The notes: generated from the letters alone by a model not told the origin. Shown: positions 8,416 to 18,964, counted from the first letter of the stretch. The stretch: 64,000 nt of DNA from Candidatus Acidiferrales bacterium (GCA_035559995.1 DATMAM010000036.1:38305-102304); one strand, 5' to 3'. Numbers and translations: made by a program.

Positions 8416-10059
8416 TTATCGCGTCTTTCTGAATTTTCGGTGGCGCCGGATGAGCCGATTCGTGGAGCTGTCGTGGCCGAGAGCCGGCTCGCTCTCGCTT
8501 TCGAGCTCCGCGACAATGCGCTCCGCGAGGACTTTTCCGAGCTCGACTCCCCACTGATCGAAAGAATCGATGTTCCAGATAACTCCCTGAGTGAAAACGC
8601 TGTGCTCGTAGAGAGCGACGAGCTTGCCGAGGGTCGCGGGCGTAAGCCGTTCGGCGAGAAGTATGTTCGACGGCCGGTTGCCCGGGAAAACGCGATGGGG
8701 CACGAGCCGGTCCGGCGTGCCCTCGGCTTTTACCTCCTCGGCGGTTTTCCCGAAGGCCAAGGCCTCCGCCTGAGCGAAGACATTGGCGAGGAGCGTGTCG
8801 TGGTGGCGCCCGAGGGGGTTGAGCGTGTGATGAAACGCGATGAAATCGCACGGCACGAGCCTGGTTCCCTGATGGATCAGCTGATAGAACGAATGCTGGC
8901 CGTTGGTTCCCGGCTCGCCCCAATAGATCGGGCCGGTGTCATAGGTGACTTTCATGCCGTCGAGCGTGACCTGCTTGCCGTTGCTCTCCATCGCCAGTTG
9001 CTGGAGATAGGCCGGGAATCGCTTCAGGTACTGCTCGTACGGCAACACGGCGACCGTCTGGGCGCCGAAGAAGTTGTTGTACCAAACGGTCAACAGCCCC
9101 ATGAGCACCGGCAGGTTGCGCTCGAATGGCGCCGTGCGAAAGTGCTCGTCCATCTGGTGAAAACCGTCGAGCATCGCGCGGAAGTTATCCGGGCCGATCG
9201 CGATCATCGTCGAAAGGCCGATGGCGGAATCCATCGAGTAGCGCCCGCCGACCCAGTCCCAGAAGCCGAACATGTTGCCCGTGTCGATGCCGAACTTCGC
9301 GACCTCGGCCGCGTTGGTCGATACCGCGACAAAGTGCTTGGCGACGGACCTTTCATCGCCGTGGAAGCCCGCCAGCGACCATGCGCGCGCGGCGCGGGCG
9401 TTCATCATGGTTTCGAGCGTCGTGAAGGTCTTTGACGAGATGATGAAGAGAGTTTCCGCCGGATCGAGGTCCCGAACGGCCTCGGCGAAATCGGTACCGT
9501 CGACGTTGGAAACAAAACGAAACGTCAGCGCGCGCTCGCTGTAGTGCTTGAGCGCCTCGTAGGCCATGACCGGCCCGAGGTCGGAGCCGCCGATGCCGAT
9601 GTTGACGACGTTGCGCATCCGCTTGCCGCTGTGCCCTTTCCATTCTCCGGCCCGGACGCGATTCGCAAAGTCGGTCATCCTGTCGAGGACGGCATGGACG
9701 CCGGGCACCACATCCGCGCCGTCGACGACGATCGACGCTCCTTTGGGCGCGCGCAGCGCCACGTGCAAGGCCGCGCGGTTCTCCGTGACGTTGATCTTCT
9801 CGCCCCGGAACATGGCGTCGATGCGTTCGCGCAGTCGAGATTCATCCGCGAGCCGCAAAAGAAGCTCGAGGGTCTCGTCGGTGATGCGGTTCTTCGAGTA
9901 ATCGAGATAGAAACCGACGGCCTCGGCGGTCATGCGCTCGGCGCGCTTCGGGTCCTGCGCGAACAGCGCGCGCAGGTGCAGCCCGCGAATCGTTTGATAG
10001 TGAGCGGCGAGGGCCTTCCATGACTGACGTTCCGTCAGGGGTTTTATGCCGGCGTCCAT
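8416..10059 (-). CDS. pgi: glucose-6-phosphate isomerase
   Basis: 547 aa with a full-length Pgi-like sequence ([14 protein letters not shown]..., [37 protein letters not shown]). Confidence 0.95.
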   Translation of the reverse strand: MDAGIKPLTERQSWKALAAHYQTIRGLHLRALFAQDPKRAERMTAEAVGFYLDYSKNRITDETLELLLRLADESRLRERIDAMFRGEKINVTENRAALHVALRAPKGASIVVDGADVVPGVHAVLDRMTDFANRVRAGEWKGHSGKRMRNVVNIGIGGSDLGPVMAYEALKHYSERALTFRFVSNVDGTDFAEAVRDLDPAETLFIISSKTFTTLETMMNARAARAWSLAGFHGDERSVAKHFVAVSTNAAEVAKFGIDTGNMFGFWDWVGGRYSMDSAIGLSTMIAIGPDNFRAMLDGFHQMDEHFRTAPFERNLPVLMGLLTVWYNNFFGAQTVAVLPYEQYLKRFPAYLQQLAMESNGKQVTLDGMKVTYDTGPIYWGEPGTNGQHSFYQLIHQGTRLVPCDFIAFHHTLNPLGRHHDTLLANVFAQAEALAFGKTAEEVKAEGTPDRLVPHRVFPGNRPSNILLAERLTPATLGKLVALYEHSVFTQGVIWNIDSFDQWGVELGKVLAERIVAELESESEPALGHDSSTNRLIRRHRKFRKTR

Positions 10060-10349
10060 TTCCGACCCCTTTCATTGCGGTCCACTTGCAAGGGAACGCA
10101 TTGCGGGCACGCTACGACCTGTTGACGGATGGCGTCACGCTCGCCCGGGAGCCACGTCGTCTTCGATGCCGGCGGGACCGCTTGACACCACGTCAAGAAT
10201 CGTTTGCCGTCATCGTTTGAAGCCATCGAACGATTCTATAGCCGGGCGCGGCTGGGTGTGCGCCCTATCGTGCCGAGGCGGTGACGTTCGTTTCGGGCGC
10301 GGCGCGCGGAATTTCCGCGGGCGTATCGCGGTACGCCCGCGGATGCCGT

Positions 10350-11024
10350 CTAGCGCAAGTATTTGGCAAAGAAATCGGTGGTGCGCTGCCAGGCCAATTT
10401 GGCGGCCTCGGCATCGTAGGTGTTGATCAGGTTGGCTTCGTTGCCGAAGCCGTGGTTTGCGTCGTACCAGTAGCTCTCGAAATTGACCTTGCCTTCGCGC
10501 AGCTTGGCTTCCAGAGCGCGCGCCTGCTCCGGCGTGAAGAACTGGTCCTTGGACGCGAAATGAAATTGGACAGGGATCGAGATCGTTCTGACGTCGGCCG
10601 CCCCTTCCGGCGGGAAGCCGTACCAGGATGAGGCGGCGTCCAGTTCCTTTACAAAAACAGCCGAAAGCACGGTCAGCGCTCCTCCCATGCAGAAGCCGAC
10701 CACACCGGCCTTGGGGCTGGTCTTTTTGAGCTCCTGAACGGCGCCGCGAATGTCCTGCGTCGCGGCGTCGGCGAAGTCGAGCTGCGTCATCAGGTGATTC
10801 GCTTCTTGGACCTCCACGGTCACCTTGCCGCGATACAGATCCGGCACCAGGGCGCGATAGCCGAGATCCGCCAACCGGTTGGCAACGCCTTTGATTTGAT
10901 CGTTGAGGCCCCACCATTCCTGGATGACCACCACGCCGGGAGCGCGATCGCCCGCGGCAGGCTCGGCGTAATATCCGGAGCAATCTTTCCCGTCCGGTCG
11001 CTTAAAAGAGATCATTTCGCCCAT
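10350..11024 (-). CDS. dienelactone hydrolase family protein
   Basis: GYYAEPAAGDRAPGVVVIQEWWGLNDQIKGVANRLADLGYRALVPDLY, nucleophile region GVVGFCMGG, and a C-terminal HGF motif. Confidence 0.85.
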   Translation of the reverse strand: MGEMISFKRPDGKDCSGYYAEPAAGDRAPGVVVIQEWWGLNDQIKGVANRLADLGYRALVPDLYRGKVTVEVQEANHLMTQLDFADAATQDIRGAVQELKKTSPKAGVVGFCMGGALTVLSAVFVKELDAASSWYGFPPEGAADVRTISIPVQFHFASKDQFFTPEQARALEAKLREGKVNFESYWYDANHGFGNEANLINTYDAEAAKLAWQRTTDFFAKYLR

Positions 11025-11267
11025 GACAGTCCTCCTCGTTTATTTTAGGGGCTGGGTTTTTCGCGAACTCACCGGCAAGTTAATCGAGCGCGATAGGGAT
11101 GTCAACGCGGTCCGATGAATATCGTCTCGGTCGGCGCTTGCGTCGGGATCGCCATTTTTTTGCCGCCCTTGCTGCGGTACGCGCGGCCATCGTTGCGCCG
11201 GGCTCGGTGCACTCGCGGAGTTCTCGGCGCCAGATTGCGCCGAACGCGACGGCTCATCTTCTGGACT

Positions 11268-12377
11268 TTAGCCCTGCAGCGCAGTTGTAGGCGTAGGGAC
11301 GACGACGCAGGCCTCGGGGGCGAAGATCAGATGCACCTGCTGGCCTTCCGCAAGAAGGCTCCTCGGGTGGAGGCGCGCGCAGACTTTTTGCCCCTGAGCA
11401 TCGACGACGCAATCCAGGGAATCGCCGCGGAACACGATCTTTTCCAATTTTCCTTGGATCGCGTTTTCTTCCCGGTTGGGCGCGCCGGTGCTGACCGCGA
11501 AGTCCTCGGGCCGGACCGCGATCAGAACTTTTTCCCCGCGCTTGGCGCCGGCGGGAAGCAGGCAGCGGATGCGGCCCTGGCGCGCTTCGACCGTTCCCTT
11601 GCCGTTAGCGTCCGCTTCAAGAACCGATCCCTCGAAGAAGTTGACCTGGCCGATAAACTCGGCGACGAGCTTGGAAGCCGGGCGAAGGTAAAGATCTCGC
11701 GGCTTTGCCTCCTGGAGCAGCACTCCTTTTTGCATCACGGCGATGCGGTCGGACATCGCGAGCGCTTCGGACTGGTCATGCGTGACATAGACGGTCGTGA
11801 TCCCCAAGCGGCGCACGAGCTCTTTGACCTCGAGCCGCAGCTCCTCGCGGAGTTTGGCGTCGAGGTTGCTAAGCGGCTCGTCGAGGAGCAGGACTTTGGG
11901 CCGCGACACCAACGCGCGCGCGAGCGCGACGCGCTGCTGCTGCCCGCCGCTGAGAAGGGGCGCCGGCCTTTGCGCGAGGTCTTCGATTTGCACGAGCGCG
12001 AGCGCCTCCATCACGCGTTCTTTGATTTCGGCTTTGGAAAATTTTGTCTTGCCGTGCTTGAGCGGAAAGCCGACGTTGTCGAACACGGTCAGGTGCGGCC
12101 AGATCGCGTAGGATTGAAAAACCATCCCGATGCCCCGGCCTTCCGGCGGGACGATGCCTCGCCCGGAAGCAACCGCGGTGTCGCCGATGAAAATTTCCCC
12201 CGAGGTGGGATCTTCGAGCCCGGCGATGCACCGGAGCGTGGTCGTTTTGCCGCAGCCGCTCGGGCCGAGCAGGGTATAAAATTCGCCCGCCTCGACGCGG
12301 AAGCTGATGCCGTTGACCGCGCCGACCTCTCCCTCGGCCGTGGGAAACCTCTTCGTGAGATTCTTGACCGTGATCAA
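11268..12377 (-). CDS. ABC transporter ATP-binding protein (PotA/FbpC/MalK-like, with C-terminal regulatory domain)
   Basis: Walker A GPSGCGKTT, signature LSGGQQQRVALARAL, Walker B LLLDEPLSNLD. Confidence 0.9.
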   Translation of the reverse strand: MITVKNLTKRFPTAEGEVGAVNGISFRVEAGEFYTLLGPSGCGKTTTLRCIAGLEDPTSGEIFIGDTAVASGRGIVPPEGRGIGMVFQSYAIWPHLTVFDNVGFPLKHGKTKFSKAEIKERVMEALALVQIEDLAQRPAPLLSGGQQQRVALARALVSRPKVLLLDEPLSNLDAKLREELRLEVKELVRRLGITTVYVTHDQSEALAMSDRIAVMQKGVLLQEAKPRDLYLRPASKLVAEFIGQVNFFEGSVLEADANGKGTVEARQGRIRCLLPAGAKRGEKVLIAVRPEDFAVSTGAPNREENAIQGKLEKIVFRGDSLDCVVDAQGQKVCARLHPRSLLAEGQQVHLIFAPEACVVVPTPTTALQG

Positions 12378-12386
12378 GCGGCGCTC

Positions 12387-13640
12387 CTAATCGGCCGTGG
12401 CGATCGGCTCGAGCGGCCGCTTTCCCAAGCGCACCGCGCCCGTCTCGGTTACCAGAACCTGATCGCCGATCTGCACGGAGCGGTTCTTCGGCCCGGCGTC
12501 CCGCAGCCGGTCGCGCCGCATGGTAATCGCCGGCTTGATGTCGAAGGTCATGCCGGGGCGGATCACGATGTCGAGATCATGTTTCGTGATCGGTCCGACG
12601 CGCGGCCGCTGATTGCCGATGCCGCTCGAATGGATGATGACACCGCCGAGAGAATCCACGCCGAGCTCGTTGCCCGCCTCGGCGTAGCGCTTGATGAGAT
12701 CTCCGGTCGTCGTCTTTCCCGGCCGGATAGCGTCCGCTACCGCGTGGAAAAGCTGAACGCTGACTTCCAGGGTTTTCTTGTAGTAGTCAAAGCCCGCCAA
12801 TCCTTCGTTCCCGATAAAGAGCGAGTGGTTGATTTGCGCCCGGTAGCCCTGGCAATTGGCGGCGATCTCCTCGCTCAGGATCTGCCCGGGCAGCACCGCA
12901 TCGGAGGTCGGCGTTCCGAGCGTCGAGTTGCCGCCGCGGTCCAACGCCATGGAGAGGCGGGTCGGAAGTTCCCCGGTCGCGAGAAACAGGCTCAGGTAAG
13001 TCGGAAACCAGAGCTCGGCCTGGGTTTTGGCCGGCCGGCGCGCGGCTTCGATGAGCGTCTTTAGCGCCTCCTCGTTCACGGCGACGATCTTTTTGAGAAT
13101 TTCGATCTCCTCCGCTCCCTTGATCATGCGCGCGCGGTGCACGGCGTCGGTGGCGACAAAGCGCGCGCGCGGCAGCGCGGCGCGCAGGCGATCGAAAGTG
13201 GTAAAAGGGATCAATCCCTCCGGATCGAAGCCGATGCCGGTGAGCTGGGTTACGCCCCAAGAGCCGGCTTCCAATCCGAGCTCCCGGATTGCGCCGATGA
13301 GCGACTCGGAAATGTTGGCCGCCGCGACGCGGTAATGCTCCGGCGCGAGCCAGTTCATCACGCTCGACCAGAAATCCTGCCCGCGGCGGTTTTCGACGAT
13401 CGCGAGGGTCGGCTTTCTCGCGTCTTGGGGGAACACGATCCAGCCTTTGCGCGTGCGGCCGCCGATCTGCGTCAGGTAGACGGCATCGGCATCGTCTTCG
13501 GTTCCGGGCGCGATCACGCCGTCGAGTCCTTCTTGCGCCATGAGCTGGCGCACCGCGGCCCAGCGGCGATCGCGCTCGGCGAGAGAAAACGACGGCCGCG
13601 GGATTTCTCTGGGGAGCCATGCGTCGGGGATGCCCACCAT
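12387..13640 (-). CDS. M24-fold (creatinase / Xaa-Pro peptidase family) protein
   Basis: ORF 12387..13832 trimmed to ATG 13640, which is preceded by GGAGGA. Pita-bread fold motifs: KGAEEIEILKK, HSSGIG, GMTFDIKP, VLVTETGAVRL. Canonical metal-binding IEP/ED positions appear substituted (IKP, GD). Confidence 0.75.
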   Translation of the reverse strand: MVGIPDAWLPREIPRPSFSLAERDRRWAAVRQLMAQEGLDGVIAPGTEDDADAVYLTQIGGRTRKGWIVFPQDARKPTLAIVENRRGQDFWSSVMNWLAPEHYRVAAANISESLIGAIRELGLEAGSWGVTQLTGIGFDPEGLIPFTTFDRLRAALPRARFVATDAVHRARMIKGAEEIEILKKIVAVNEEALKTLIEAARRPAKTQAELWFPTYLSLFLATGELPTRLSMALDRGGNSTLGTPTSDAVLPGQILSEEIAANCQGYRAQINHSLFIGNEGLAGFDYYKKTLEVSVQLFHAVADAIRPGKTTTGDLIKRYAEAGNELGVDSLGGVIIHSSGIGNQRPRVGPITKHDLDIVIRPGMTFDIKPAITMRRDRLRDAGPKNRSVQIGDQVLVTETGAVRLGKRPLEPIATAD

Positions 13641-13705
13641 CGTTTGTCCTCCATTGTCCGGGCAGACCTCGGTGTCCGCCCATTCGGTGACGCCGTTAAA
13701 AGCTT

Positions 13706-15460
13706 TTACGCGCTCGGCAAAAACCGGAGCATCAGCTTGCGGCCCGCGAACGTGATCGCGGCCAGGACCACGACGAACAAGACTCCGAGCGCGGTGGCGG
13801 TGGTCAGCTCGCCGTGATCCCAGTACTCCCACAGGCGCACCGCGATGACCTCGTTATAGCGGCCGGCCAAAATAAGCGGCGTCGAAAACGCGCGGATCGA
13901 GTGAATCGCCACCCAGATCCAGCCGCCGACGAGCGCGGGCATGACAAGCGGCGCCGTAACCCACAGGATCGCCCTGGCGCGGCTGAGGCCGCAGATGCGG
14001 GCGGCGTCTTCCAGCTCCTTGTGAATCTGGATGATGGCGGCGTTGGTGACGCGCGTCGCGTAGGCGAGGTACTGAGTCATCAAGCCGAGAGCCACAATCC
14101 ACAACGTGCCGTAGATCGGGATGTAGCTGAAAGGCGGTTGAAGGTACAAAAAGATGAGCGCCAGGCCGATCACGATGCCGGGGATCGCGTGCGGAATAAA
14201 AGCGATCGCGTCGAGGAGCCAGCGGCCGGCCGCGCGCGAGCGCACGATGATCCACGAGATGAAAAGGGCCAGCGCCATCGTAAGGGTCGCGGTCATGAGC
14301 ATGAGCTTTGCGGTGTTGAACAGCGCGCGCAGCGCCGCCTCGTCGTCCAGCAGAGCGTAGTAGTTTTGCAAGCTGACGCGAGAAAGCGCCTCAAAAGACG
14401 GCGGAACGTAGCGCGGCAGGAGCGAGCTCCAGATCAGAACGAGAAGCGGCGCGCCGACAGTCAGCAGGAAGTAGAGGCAAAAAGTCCCCAGCGCCGCGTA
14501 ACGCCACTTGCCGAGAGCGATCTGGCGCGGCCGGTAGCCTTTGCCGGTGACCGTGGTGTAGCTCTCGGTGCGCCGCACGATCCGGTGATAGATGTAGACG
14601 AGCGCGACCGTGATGATCAAAAACAGCGAGGCGTACGCCGCGGAAAGGCCGTAGTCGATGGGTGCCGCCTGCCGCGCGGTAAAGAAAATCAAGGTGCTCA
14701 ACACGAAGATCCGCGCCGGAAGTCCAATCACGGCCGGAATCTCGAACGAGTCGAGCGACGACATGAAAGAATAGATGCCGGCCAAAAGAATCGCCGGGGT
14801 GAGGACGGGAAGGGTCACGTGGCGGACGGTTTTCCAGCCGCTCATCCCGGCCACCCGCGCGGCTTCCTCCAGCGCCGGGTCCATCATGCGAAAAGCGGAA
14901 ACGAGAATGAGAAAAAGGCTCGTGAGGCCGCGGATGCCTTCGAGAAAGATCATGCCGCCGAGCGAGAAGACGTTGATCGGCCCGCGCTCGAGCTGAACGC
15001 CGACGATTTCGAGGAGCGACCGCAGCCACACGTTGATGATGCCGGTGTTGGGGCTGAGCAGAAGCACCCACGCCATCGAGAACAAAACTCCCGGCATCGC
15101 CATCGGAATCAGGATCAAAGTCCACGCCAGATTCTTGTACGGCAGGTCGGTCCGCTCGACCAGCCAGGCGAAGACGAGCGCCAGGGAGAGCGTGATCAGC
15201 GTATCGCCGGCCGCGAGAACGAAGGTGTTGAAGAGCATCTTGTAGGTGAGGGGAGTGGCGTAGACCGCCGCGTATTTCGCGAGCGTCCAGGGGCCGGACT
15301 CGCCGGGATAGGCGTCGCGAAAGCTGCTGAGGATGAGCTGAGCGAGCGGAATCAGGACGGTCCAGAGGAGGATGGCGATAACAAAGACAAAAAAGAGCTG
15401 GCCTTTCAGCGCCAGCGCCGCGCGCCGGCGATAGGGAAGCGCGAGCGTCCTTTGAGCCAT
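13706..15460 (-). CDS. ABC transporter permease, fused two-domain type (iron(III)/thiamine-type)
   Basis: ORF 13706..16195 trimmed to ATG 15460 (MAQRTLALPYRRRAALALKGQLFFVF...). The longer form would overlap the upstream binding-protein gene. About 12 hydrophobic segments across 584 aa. Confidence 0.85.
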   Translation of the reverse strand: MAQRTLALPYRRRAALALKGQLFFVFVIAILLWTVLIPLAQLILSSFRDAYPGESGPWTLAKYAAVYATPLTYKMLFNTFVLAAGDTLITLSLALVFAWLVERTDLPYKNLAWTLILIPMAMPGVLFSMAWVLLLSPNTGIINVWLRSLLEIVGVQLERGPINVFSLGGMIFLEGIRGLTSLFLILVSAFRMMDPALEEAARVAGMSGWKTVRHVTLPVLTPAILLAGIYSFMSSLDSFEIPAVIGLPARIFVLSTLIFFTARQAAPIDYGLSAAYASLFLIITVALVYIYHRIVRRTESYTTVTGKGYRPRQIALGKWRYAALGTFCLYFLLTVGAPLLVLIWSSLLPRYVPPSFEALSRVSLQNYYALLDDEAALRALFNTAKLMLMTATLTMALALFISWIIVRSRAAGRWLLDAIAFIPHAIPGIVIGLALIFLYLQPPFSYIPIYGTLWIVALGLMTQYLAYATRVTNAAIIQIHKELEDAARICGLSRARAILWVTAPLVMPALVGGWIWVAIHSIRAFSTPLILAGRYNEVIAVRLWEYWDHGELTTATALGVLFVVVLAAITFAGRKLMLRFLPSA

Positions 15461-15477
15461 CTCGAGCGCGCAACAAT

Positions 15478-16497
15478 TTACTTCGCGACCGGAAAGCCCC
15501 AGGCCTCGATGATTTTTTTGGACAGGTCGCGCGACTTCAGATCCCACTCCTCGGTGAACTCGGATAGCTTCTTTCCCCGCGTGAGCTCGTGAGCCAGCGT
15601 GCCGGGCACCGAGCGGTGGCCGCGGCGCTCCGTTTTGTCGATCAGGAGCTGCGCCTCGTCGCTCGCCAAATAGGCCATGAGAAGCTTGGCGGTGTTCGGA
15701 TATTTGGCGCCCTTGACCAGGGAAATGCCCCTTCCCTCGCTGGTGGGCACCGGCTCGGGCGTGACGAGCTTGACCGGCGCGCCCTTGCTGTGGACGCGGT
15801 ACCAGCGCACGTGATCGCCGCCGCAGTAAAGCGGCACCTCGCCGGCGGCGACCTTTTCCATCGCGCCGGTCTGGTCGCGGTCCCAGACCGGCTGGTTGGC
15901 GGCCATCTTGCGGGCGAAATCGATCACCTTCTCCTCTCCCCAGGCGGGCATCAGATGCATCATGAAGATCGGACGCGCATAGACCGTGAATTTTCCTTTC
16001 CAGCGCGGGTCGATGCAGTCTTCCCACCTGGAGGGCGCCTTGTCGGGCGGCACGAGCTTGGTGTTGTAGGCGAGTCCCGCGACGCTGCCGCCGGCCCAGG
16101 TCGTCTCGAAGCCGTTTTTCTGGATGCGGTCCGGAGAAACGCCCAGCGCCTTCCAGTCGATCGGGCCCGCGATGAACGGTTTGTGACGCTCCCAAAGCTC
16201 GCTGCGCACGAGGAGAACGTCCATGTCGACCCGTCCCACGCGCAACTCGGCGAGAACCCGCTCGGACTCATCGAGGCCGGTAAAACGGTGGTGTTCCACC
16301 TTGTTGACGAACGGGTACTTTTTGCGAAAGGCTTCGGTCACGGCCGCAACCGTCTCCTTCTGCATCGACGAATAGACGCGCACCTGGCCTTCCTTCTTTG
16401 CCCCTTCGATGACCTGCTGCAGGGTCTGCCCGTAGGAAGCGCTTGCGGCGCAAATCGAAAGGGCGACGCTTAAGATGAGGCAACATTTTCGTCGCAT
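15478..16497 (-). CDS. ABC transporter periplasmic substrate-binding protein
   Basis: Signal peptide MRRKCCLILSVALSICAASASYGQ. Paralogue of 5153..6286 and 30949..31971. It is the first gene of the transporter block. Confidence 0.85.
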   Translation of the reverse strand: MRRKCCLILSVALSICAASASYGQTLQQVIEGAKKEGQVRVYSSMQKETVAAVTEAFRKKYPFVNKVEHHRFTGLDESERVLAELRVGRVDMDVLLVRSELWERHKPFIAGPIDWKALGVSPDRIQKNGFETTWAGGSVAGLAYNTKLVPPDKAPSRWEDCIDPRWKGKFTVYARPIFMMHLMPAWGEEKVIDFARKMAANQPVWDRDQTGAMEKVAAGEVPLYCGGDHVRWYRVHSKGAPVKLVTPEPVPTSEGRGISLVKGAKYPNTAKLLMAYLASDEAQLLIDKTERRGHRSVPGTLAHELTRGKKLSEFTEEWDLKSRDLSKKIIEAWGFPVAK

Positions 16498-16534
16498 GGT
16501 CGGAACCTCCTCCTCAGTGATTCCTTTTGCCGCT

Positions 16535-17659
16535 CTACATGCCGCGCGCCTGAAGCCACTCTTTGATCGTCGCGCAGGTCCTGAGCAAGAGATCGTTTTG
16601 CCCCCGATAGTAGTGGGTCGCCCCCTTGGCCCAGTAAAGGGTCTTATCGCGCGTCCCCGCCGCGTCGTAAATTTTTCGCGCGTGGCTCATCGGCGAGCGA
16701 TCGGCGGTGCCGTGCGTCACCAGGAGCGGGACATCGATGCGCGCGATATGTTTGAGCGTGTCCGCGTTTGCGGTCGAGTAGCTCCATTGGGAAAGCCACG
16801 AGCGCAGCGTCGTGAAACGCCCCTGCGCTTTGGGCGCGTAATTGAGCGCGAAAGTATCATCGCCGCGGTTGTTGCCGAGCGTGCGCTCGTTGGGCTCGAT
16901 CGTAGGATCGAGATAAAGAGGGTCCGCCTCCGTGCGCCACACTATGAAAGGCAGGTCGCGCATCACGGGATGGTTGATCTTTTTGATGCCGTCGAGCTTG
17001 GCTTGCGCCCAGCTCGTGATGCGCTCCATTCTCGCGAGCTGCGCCGCCCGGTAGCGCGTCAAGAATTCTTGCGTGTAGGGCGGCCCGTTCTTTGGATTGT
17101 ACATGTCGAGATCGGCATCCGTGGCGAACGGATCGGTCTCGTCGACGGCCGCGGGGTCGATGCGCGCCGCGAGCGAGCGATGGCGTCCGAGATGCGCTCC
17201 CGAGGTGACGATCGCATCGGCTTTGGGCAGCTCGGCCTTCGTGAGGTCGGGCGGATCGCCCGCCGGCGTCGCGGTCACGTCCGGGCTTTCCGCCTGGCTC
17301 TGGTAGAACGCCATGAGCGGCCCGCCGCCGCTGTGGCCGAAAAGCGCGACCTTCTTGCAGCCCCACTCGCGGAGAAATTTGACGCCCGCGGCGATATCGA
17401 GCATGACCTCCTCCATGATCAGAGTGCTGTCATCGCCGGCAAAGCGCGAGCGCAGGCGAAGCGCCGCGAGCCCCACCTCTCCCAGCCCGTCCAGGCTAAA
17501 GTGCCTAAACCCGTGGCTTCCCGGGTGCATGGAAAGAACGCCGGTCGTCGGCTGCGCGCGGGCGCGCCAGACGAGCGTTCCGTACACCCGCGCGCCGTCT
17601 TCAGTCTTGAGCTCGACGAGATCGCTTTCCAATTCCGTGCCGAAAACATTCCGATACAT
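16535..17659 (-). CDS. alpha/beta hydrolase (paralogue 1)
   Basis: ORF trimmed to ATG 17659 (MYRNVFGTELESDLVELKTEDG). Nucleophile elbow GHSGGG. The C-terminal region has the GTAD...H pattern of a catalytic Asp/His. Confidence 0.7.
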   Translation of the reverse strand: MYRNVFGTELESDLVELKTEDGARVYGTLVWRARAQPTTGVLSMHPGSHGFRHFSLDGLGEVGLAALRLRSRFAGDDSTLIMEEVMLDIAAGVKFLREWGCKKVALFGHSGGGPLMAFYQSQAESPDVTATPAGDPPDLTKAELPKADAIVTSGAHLGRHRSLAARIDPAAVDETDPFATDADLDMYNPKNGPPYTQEFLTRYRAAQLARMERITSWAQAKLDGIKKINHPVMRDLPFIVWRTEADPLYLDPTIEPNERTLGNNRGDDTFALNYAPKAQGRFTTLRSWLSQWSYSTANADTLKHIARIDVPLLVTHGTADRSPMSHARKIYDAAGTRDKTLYWAKGATHYYRGQNDLLLRTCATIKEWLQARGM

Positions 17660-17660
17660 G

Positions 17661-18785
17661 TTAAAACCCCCGCGCCCGCAGCCACTCGGCCGTGATCGCC
17701 ATCGATTGCCTGAGATGCTCGGGAGCGTCGAACCAGTGGGTCGCCCCGGCGACGTACTCGAGCCGCTTGTCCGTTGTGGCGGCCGCGGCAAAAATTTCCT
17801 CGGCGACATCCCCGCCGTAATCCGCGGTGCCGCCGATGACGAGCAACGGGACCCGGGTGCGCGCGATGTGGCGCGTGGTCTCGGCGTTGGCCGTGGCGTA
17901 GTAAAGATGCGAAAGCCAGGACCTTAACGTGACGAACGGGCCCTCGCGCCCTTTGTGCGCGGTGTAGTTCAGGATGTACGGATCGCCCCATAGGGTCCCG
18001 CGCCGCATGCCGGACTTGAAATTCGTGCGGTCGAGAAAGCGCGGGTTGGCCATCGTGCGGTAGATCGTAAACGGTAGATCGCGCAATCCCGGATGGTTTT
18101 TCCGTTTGATATTTTCCAGCTGCGCTCTCACCCAGGCGGCGATGCGATCGCAGCGCGCCCTTTGCGCCGCGCGATAGCGCCGCAGGAACTCCGGCGAGTA
18201 GACGGCGCCGCCGTCCGCGGGTTGGTAATTCGCGGGATCGTACATGTCTAGCGAAGGATCGACCGAGAGCGGGTCCGATTCGTCGGTGACCGACGGATCG
18301 ACGCGATTCGTGAACTCGATATGCCTTCCGAGATGCGTGTTCGTGATGACGATCGCGTCCGCTTTCGGCAGCTCGGCCTTCGTGAGATCGGGCGGATCGC
18401 CCGCCGGCGTCGCGGTCACGTCCGGGCTTTCCGCCTGGCTCTGGTAGAACGCCATGAGCGGCCCGCCGCCGCTGTGGCCGAACAGGGCGATTTTCTCGCA
18501 GCCGCGTTCGCGCAGAAACCTCACCCCGCCCGCGATATCGAGCAGGATCTCTTCGACGATCATGTTGACGTTGTTGCCCGCGAAACGCGACTTGAGGCGC
18601 ATGCTCATGAACCCGGCGCGCGCCAGCGGCTCCAACTCGAAATGGCCGAGCCGCGAGCTGTCGGGATGCATGCTCAACGTCGCGCCCTTCGGCCGCGCGC
18701 CGCGCGGCCACACGACGATGCCGTCGAGCGTCTGTCCGTCTTGCGTCTTGACCGCGACAATCTCGTGCGCGAGCGCTTCCGCCAT
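17661..18785 (-). CDS. alpha/beta hydrolase (paralogue 2)
   Basis: ORF trimmed to ATG 18785 (MAEALAHEIVAVKTQDG); 18848 is an alternative start. GHSGGG elbow. Same architecture as the adjacent gene. Confidence 0.7.
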   Translation of the reverse strand: MAEALAHEIVAVKTQDGQTLDGIVVWPRGARPKGATLSMHPDSSRLGHFELEPLARAGFMSMRLKSRFAGNNVNMIVEEILLDIAGGVRFLRERGCEKIALFGHSGGGPLMAFYQSQAESPDVTATPAGDPPDLTKAELPKADAIVITNTHLGRHIEFTNRVDPSVTDESDPLSVDPSLDMYDPANYQPADGGAVYSPEFLRRYRAAQRARCDRIAAWVRAQLENIKRKNHPGLRDLPFTIYRTMANPRFLDRTNFKSGMRRGTLWGDPYILNYTAHKGREGPFVTLRSWLSHLYYATANAETTRHIARTRVPLLVIGGTADYGGDVAEEIFAAAATTDKRLEYVAGATHWFDAPEHLRQSMAITAEWLRARGF

Positions 18786-18964
18786 AAAGTCCTCCGCCGA
18801 ATCGAGAGCGATCTTATCCAGGCGAAAAACGGCTGTCAAAGGCCCCAAAAATTGGCAGAAAAAAGCAGAACGCGAAGCACGGTGGACGGTTCTGGAGCGC
18901 GCGGCGGAGATTTACTTTACCGGTTCGGCGCAAAGTTATAGTATGCGTGTCGAAGGAACCGCCT

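Noticed and set aside
11115-15592. Long plus-strand ORFs 11115..13064 (649 aa) and 13814..15592 (592 aa)
   Set aside because: Both are antisense to the ABC ATPase, M24 protein and permease genes. Their sequences are dominated by R/D/G/A runs, and the opposite strand carries Walker and signature motifs and transmembrane segments.
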